Shown: positions 59,873-64,000 of the stretch, piece by piece | Layout: the number at the start of each line of letters is the position of its first letter | How positions within the stretch are numbered: position 1 is the first letter of the stretch | Source: Eubacteriales bacterium | Lineage (GTDB): Bacteria > Bacillota > Clostridia > Oscillospirales > CAG-272 | Direction: 5' to 3' | Length of the DNA stretch: 64,000 bases | Assembly: GCA_045656765.1 (NCBI GenBank) | Contig: JAZORU010000024.1 | Coordinates: 1,386-65,385, forward strand | Made by a program: the position numbers and the translations under genes | The notes under the pieces: model-generated | Told to the model about the DNA's origin: nothing | The model's input: only the letters and a program-made list of their open reading frames with translations | Database searches by the model: none

Positions 59873-62800
59873 TTATTTAATCCTCCTTTCCCGCTTGCGC
59901 CTAAATCCGATTCCCAATACCAGCGCAGCAAGCATGATTGCCGCTCCGCACAGTATATACGTCAGTCGGGCAGACGAGCCTGTCGAAGGAAGCTCAGGTC
60001 CTCCCGGGTGGTAGGTGTTTGTAATTACCGTTGAATAGGTCGGAGGAGAATCGCCTGATGCTATGATCTCTCCGTAGCTCGTATTCCATTTTGTCTTTGA
60101 CCATACCTCGTCAACCGTGTATTTTATTACCTTTCCGCTTTCATCCTTATAAGGAAGACCGAGGAAAACACCTTGCCAATTATTTTTAAGAGTCAGGGTA
60201 ATGCTTCGTCCCGTGTTGACACCGTTCGCAAACAGTCGCACGGTTACGGAAAATTCCTGATACAGCTTTGAATCGTAGCCCTCGGGAATATCCCATTTTT
60301 TGTTCACGGAGAGCGACGTCTCGTTGTTTTCGGGAAGAGGTGTGTTCGTTATCTGGTAAGCCCAGTCCTTTACCTCTTGTATATCCGTTTGCGTTATCTT
60401 CTTCATCGGTGTGATGATCAGACCGCCCGAGCTTCCCGTCGTCGTACTTATCTGACCGCTTGAGTTGATGTTTGCGGTAGACATATAGTACTTCGTGCCG
60501 CTGTTTGAGTTATTTCTTCTCGCGAACAGCCTAAAGCCCGTACCCGCATCCTCTGCTGTAAAGTATTGCACTACGTTCGTGCCGCTCGTTGCGGTCGTCG
60601 CGTAGAAGTAACGGCGGCTGGAGTTCGAGTTATACATGAAGCTGAGATTTTGTCCCGCCCCGTTTTTGAACCTCAGCTTACCGTTGCTTACGGTTACAGT
60701 CCAGTTAGCCAGAGGGGAATCCTTTGCCGTTTCCTCGTCCACCCATTTCAGCTTCGCGTCGGATGCCGAGGTGGTGGAAAGATATCCGCGGCTGGTCTTA
60801 AAAATATAGCTTTCGCCGTTTATGAAGCTTGCAGCCTCCGCCCACTCCGTTCTGGATATTTCGATCTGAGTTATCTTTCGTACCGTGGAATAGTAGCCCG
60901 ATTCGTACGACTCCTCAACTCCGTATTGAATCTCTCTTAAATTATCGTAATCGTATTTCGGGAGATTCGTCCAGGTGTATGACCACCCGTTTTCGTCGCT
61001 GAGCGTGATCTCGCGTATTCTTCGCACCGTACCGTCGGGTTCGGTTACCGTCAAATATGCCTGTATATAGTCGTTTGTGTGGTCTTTTGTGTCTTCCCAC
61101 TTTTTGATGACCTGAACCGTCGTCGTTTCCACTACCGATTCGGGCGCATTCGTTACGACGATATAGACTATCTGAGTTTCCTCGTCGATCTTCACCCCGT
61201 GTACAGTAAAGCCGTTTGACGGCTCGTTTCCGTCGGAGTCCGAGACAACGTCTACGTGATACGTAGCGTGTCCTCCCTTTTCTATAGTCAAGCGGATCAC
61301 GCCGTTTGCTATACCGTAGCCTTCTGCAGCAGGGGGACCTGTTTCCTTGATATAGTATGTGTTTCCTGAGCCAAGGCCCCAGATCCTTACAATACCGTTC
61401 TTTACGGTAAACGTGCTTCGGTATTGATCAAGCACGCCGTCTTCGTGATCCAGATTGTAGGAAGCTTCATCTTCCCAAAGCTGTGCCGGCTGTGTACATT
61501 CAAAATCCTCGTATACGGTAAATTGTGCGCCGTCAAGCAGCTCTTGTGTCAAGACGTCTTCCTTTTGAAGCTGTAATCCAAAGCGCGGTGCCAAATTGAA
61601 ATAGATAGAGCAGTTTGACAAAGAAGAGCCGCGCTCCAAGTATAAAACGCTCAGTACGTGGTCGCCTGCATCAATTCCCAGGTCCATAAGACTTTTTTGG
61701 GTTTTACCCTGCACCGTTATCTGTCCGGTAGAGAAATCAATGACACCGTCCTCGGCTCCGTGAATACCGCCGATATCCAGCACGAGCTGTCCGTCGATAA
61801 GAACCCACAAGTCGTCGTCACCGCTGAACTGGAACTGCATATCATGTCCGAACAGATCCTTGTTTCCGCCGCTGCCCGGTACGTTCGGAAGATAGAATTT
61901 AATATCTGTCCGCATACCGTAAGCGTAATCCGTCTGCACGTTATTGGTGGAATTATAGTTGCCGGAGTCGTACTTTGAGTCGTAACGATAGTGAGGAACA
62001 CCGGAATATTCTCCGTCAACGCCGTTGTAATTATATGTTCCTACCGTTTTGCCGTTGGTATTTGCGTAAGGTGAATTCAACGGCAAAAAGTCAGAGTAGG
62101 TAGATCCCATAGCATCAGCGGTAGCTGACAGGTATTCGTATACGTAAAACCGTCCGTTGCTCTGATTATAAGACGCTGCATTGCGCTTTGAATCGTAATA
62201 GTAATATCCGTAATGCTCGTCCGAGGGATCTTCCACGATCTGAAACAGATGGTCACCTGTTCCCAAGTAATTTTTGCCTAATACGCCTGAGCCTGTAGCC
62301 GGATCGAATACGTTATCCGTAGAAAACAGCAATTCTCCCAGATGATCCGAATAAATACCCGAGGTAACGATTCCCGAACCCGGGTAAACGTTGTGGGAGC
62401 TACGGTTGTTCGGCATACACAACAGGCCGCCGCTATCATTGTCGATAAATATAAAATCAAACGTTTCCTTATTTCCAAAAGCAACGTTACCCGACGTAAC
62501 CATCGACCAGGTCTCCGAGTGGCTTCTGTTGCTTACCGTTACCTGCACCTTTGACGACTGAACGTTAAAGAGGTAGTTGTAGTCAAACATATGAGTCGTG
62601 ATAAAGGAGTTTGTGCTGACCGTATCCGCGACCTTTGCGTTAAACTCGCCAAGGTCGTACGTTGTAGCGACCCAGTCGGCGTAAAGAACCGCGTTTCCCG
62701 TAACCTCCATCTCCGCACCCGGAAGATAGTATCGGCTGTTTGTAACGTCGTACCAGCCGCGAAGCTTGTAGCTGTATTTGCTCGGGGAGGTCCATGCCGA

Positions 62801-63733
62801 AGGAAGAAGGATAGTGCTTCCGCCCTGTGCCGTATAGGCAGTATTCGGTGAGCCCGTCAAGTGCCCGAGTCCTCCGTCCGTGCCGTCAAGCCAAACGGTA
62901 TAATCTACCGCGAGCACCGTCGGCTCGTCAAGCACCGTGATTCCCTTCTGCTCGGGAACAAGGCCGAAGCCCATTACCACGTCGTCGCTTATTTTGTATC
63001 TCGTCTCGACAACGGCATTTTCAACGTCGCCCTCGATGACCGTAATAAATACGCCGTCAGTCTCGGTTATAACGGCTACCGCATTAGCGCCGCCGACCGT
63101 ACCCTCGCCTTTACGCAGGAAAACGAGATTTCCTGCCTCGGGAGTCCGCTCGTCCCACGCCTTGTAGATGCCCGCCTTCTCCCACTCAACACGCAAAGCC
63201 TCCGGGCCTGCGTTCATCGGCACGTCAGGCTGCCCCGCATAATCAATGCAGAACAGACAAAACATTGCCGACCAGTCGCCGTAGGGGTTTCCGTACCATT
63301 GACCGTAGCGTGTAATGCCTCGCCGCACGCCGCTTGCATCGACTTGGAAGTTTCGCGTGCTTTCGGTATATCCGAGCTGAGAGCGTGCAACCAGCACCAC
63401 GTTTTCCTTCGTGGTAGGGCCGCGCACCATGTCGGAGAGTGTCTCTTCCCAATCGTCGCTCGTCTCAAGGTCAGCCGTAATATCGCTGTAGCAGTCCTCT
63501 GTATGTATATGCTCTTCTTTTTGACAGCCGACACATTCTTCGGTGTGGATATGCTCCTCTTTACCGCAGAACGCCTCGCCCGCAACACCTATACCCGTGA
63601 GCTTCAGACTCCAGAAGACTATCAGAATAACGAGCAGTGAAAGCGTAGGGATGATCTGTCGGAAATTTCGCTTGTCTCGGTTTTGTATATTCAGTTGTTC
63701 ATAGAGCTTTTCTCTGTTCTCCGACAAGATCAC
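59873..63733 (-). CDS. Pilus tip adhesin: CHAP/NlpC-P60-like module + fibro-slime/PA14-like module + Cna-B repeats, LPSTG
   Basis: 1286 aa. N-terminal signal anchor. Duplicated GKEEHIHTEEC/QKEEHIHTEDC. YGQWYGNPYGDWSAMFCLFC (CHAP-like Cys). MQFQFSGDDDLWVLIDGQLVLDIGGIHG (fibro-slime signature). KKWEDTKDH... and NKKWDIPEGY... Cna-B repeats. LPSTG + TM + RRKRERR. Confidence 0.75.
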   Translation of the reverse strand: MILSENREKLYEQLNIQNRDKRNFRQIIPTLSLLVILIVFWSLKLTGIGVAGEAFCGKEEHIHTEECVGCQKEEHIHTEDCYSDITADLETSDDWEETLSDMVRGPTTKENVVLVARSQLGYTESTRNFQVDASGVRRGITRYGQWYGNPYGDWSAMFCLFCIDYAGQPDVPMNAGPEALRVEWEKAGIYKAWDERTPEAGNLVFLRKGEGTVGGANAVAVITETDGVFITVIEGDVENAVVETRYKISDDVVMGFGLVPEQKGITVLDEPTVLAVDYTVWLDGTDGGLGHLTGSPNTAYTAQGGSTILLPSAWTSPSKYSYKLRGWYDVTNSRYYLPGAEMEVTGNAVLYADWVATTYDLGEFNAKVADTVSTNSFITTHMFDYNYLFNVQSSKVQVTVSNRSHSETWSMVTSGNVAFGNKETFDFIFIDNDSGGLLCMPNNRSSHNVYPGSGIVTSGIYSDHLGELLFSTDNVFDPATGSGVLGKNYLGTGDHLFQIVEDPSDEHYGYYYYDSKRNAASYNQSNGRFYVYEYLSATADAMGSTYSDFLPLNSPYANTNGKTVGTYNYNGVDGEYSGVPHYRYDSKYDSGNYNSTNNVQTDYAYGMRTDIKFYLPNVPGSGGNKDLFGHDMQFQFSGDDDLWVLIDGQLVLDIGGIHGAEDGVIDFSTGQITVQGKTQKSLMDLGIDAGDHVLSVLYLERGSSLSNCSIYFNLAPRFGLQLQKEDVLTQELLDGAQFTVYEDFECTQPAQLWEDEASYNLDHEDGVLDQYRSTFTVKNGIVRIWGLGSGNTYYIKETGPPAAEGYGIANGVIRLTIEKGGHATYHVDVVSDSDGNEPSNGFTVHGVKIDEETQIVYIVVTNAPESVVETTTVQVIKKWEDTKDHTNDYIQAYLTVTEPDGTVRRIREITLSDENGWSYTWTNLPKYDYDNLREIQYGVEESYESGYYSTVRKITQIEISRTEWAEAASFINGESYIFKTSRGYLSTTSASDAKLKWVDEETAKDSPLANWTVTVSNGKLRFKNGAGQNLSFMYNSNSSRRYFYATTATSGTNVVQYFTAEDAGTGFRLFARRNNSNSGTKYYMSTANINSSGQISTTTGSSGGLIITPMKKITQTDIQEVKDWAYQITNTPLPENNETSLSVNKKWDIPEGYDSKLYQEFSVTVRLFANGVNTGRSITLTLKNNWQGVFLGLPYKDESGKVIKYTVDEVWSKTKWNTSYGEIIASGDSPPTYSTVITNTYHPGGPELPSTGSSARLTYILCGAAIMLAALVLGIGFRRKRERRIK

Positions 63734-63781
63734 ACCCCCTTTCCTATCGAAATGTATCTTATATCGGGTATTTTAGTTTGT

Positions 63782-64000
63782 TCAGTCTACAAATTTAAAC
63801 TCGGACAGCGGCCAGAACTTGCAAAAGATCTTGCCGATTATCTGATCCTCCGGAACACAGCCTATCACACTGCTTCGGCTGTCTATCGAGGTCTCTCTTT
63901 TGTCTCCCATTACAAAATAGCTGTTCTCGGGCACCTGATAGGGAAACTCAACGTCGCACTCACCGAGTGCCTTTGCGCTTACGTAAGGCTCGTCAAGCGC
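63782..64000 (-). CDS. Signal peptidase I (C-terminal part; N-terminus outside the window)
   Basis: My minus-strand translation: ...ALDEPYVSAKALGECDVEFPYQVPENSYFVMGDKRETSIDSRSSVIGCVPEDQIIGKIFCKFWPLSEFKFVD* (GDxRxxSxDSR box). Not in the track because the start is outside the window. Confidence 0.75.
   Translation of the reverse strand, partial: ALDEPYVSAKALGECDVEFPYQVPENSYFVMGDKRETSIDSRSSVIGCVPEDQIIGKIFCKFWPLSEFKFVD

Noticed and set aside
59873-63733. Antisense ORFs inside the tip adhesin (62861-63640, 60566-60940, 61658-61978) and inside other genes (6011-6949, 43410-44192, 53153-53695, 46925-47608, 52266-52778)
   Set aside because: Each overlaps a well-supported gene on the opposite strand over its full length and has no recognisable domain or RBS.

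Overview
64-kb chromosomal window from a spore-forming Firmicute. It looks like Clostridia, possibly Oscillospiraceae/Ruminococcaceae-like; that guess rests only on gene content and codon/GC feel. I saw no transposase, integrase, phage gene or CRISPR array.

Gene content, left to right:
- truncated ABC exporter and an acidic lipoprotein
- NSS-family transporter co-transcribed with xpt
- BMP-type nucleoside ABC importer (4 genes)
- hexapeptide acetyltransferase and tRNA-Ser(GCU)
- DUF218, Toprim/RNase M5-like, holA, DUF1934
- AT-rich cell-surface glycan island: Wzy-Wzz fusion, acetyltransferase, Wzx flippase, GT2, GT4, TagF-like
- SleB-like hydrolase, PHP phosphoesterase, rnr, secG, dus, rpoC, rpoB
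- ribF-like gene and a zur-znuACB operon
- M14 peptidase, tRNA-Gly(UCC), four-helix-bundle (23S IVS/Avd-family) gene, minimal AbrB-like gene
- VanY-like/DUF4097/DUF1700 operon
- trmB, RluA-family synthase, spoVM plus small membrane peptides
- PPTase, rlmA-like, sortase B, M23 peptidase, radC, HAD hydrolase, methyltransferase, MFS
- sortase-dependent pilus operon: signal peptidase I, 1286-aa tip adhesin, major pilin, class C sortase, basal pilin, His-less sortase-like protein

Most interesting finding: two diverged copies of a ~210-nt structured leader RNA (11375-11595 minus strand, 42955-43165 plus strand).
- Each copy sits behind its own promoter and ends in an intrinsic terminator just before an RBS.
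- The three nested helices and a loop-to-tail pseudoknot differ in sequence between the copies but keep their pairing.
- The loops, junctions and 3' tail are nearly identical.
- I cannot match it to any riboswitch or leader class from memory.
- Both copies lie downstream of a tRNA gene followed by GC-rich hairpin repeats that share the word ATGAAGCR.
- At the tRNA-Gly locus, a four-helix-bundle gene is bracketed by perfect 46-bp direct repeats.

All coordinates and pairings were worked out by hand and need computational confirmation.
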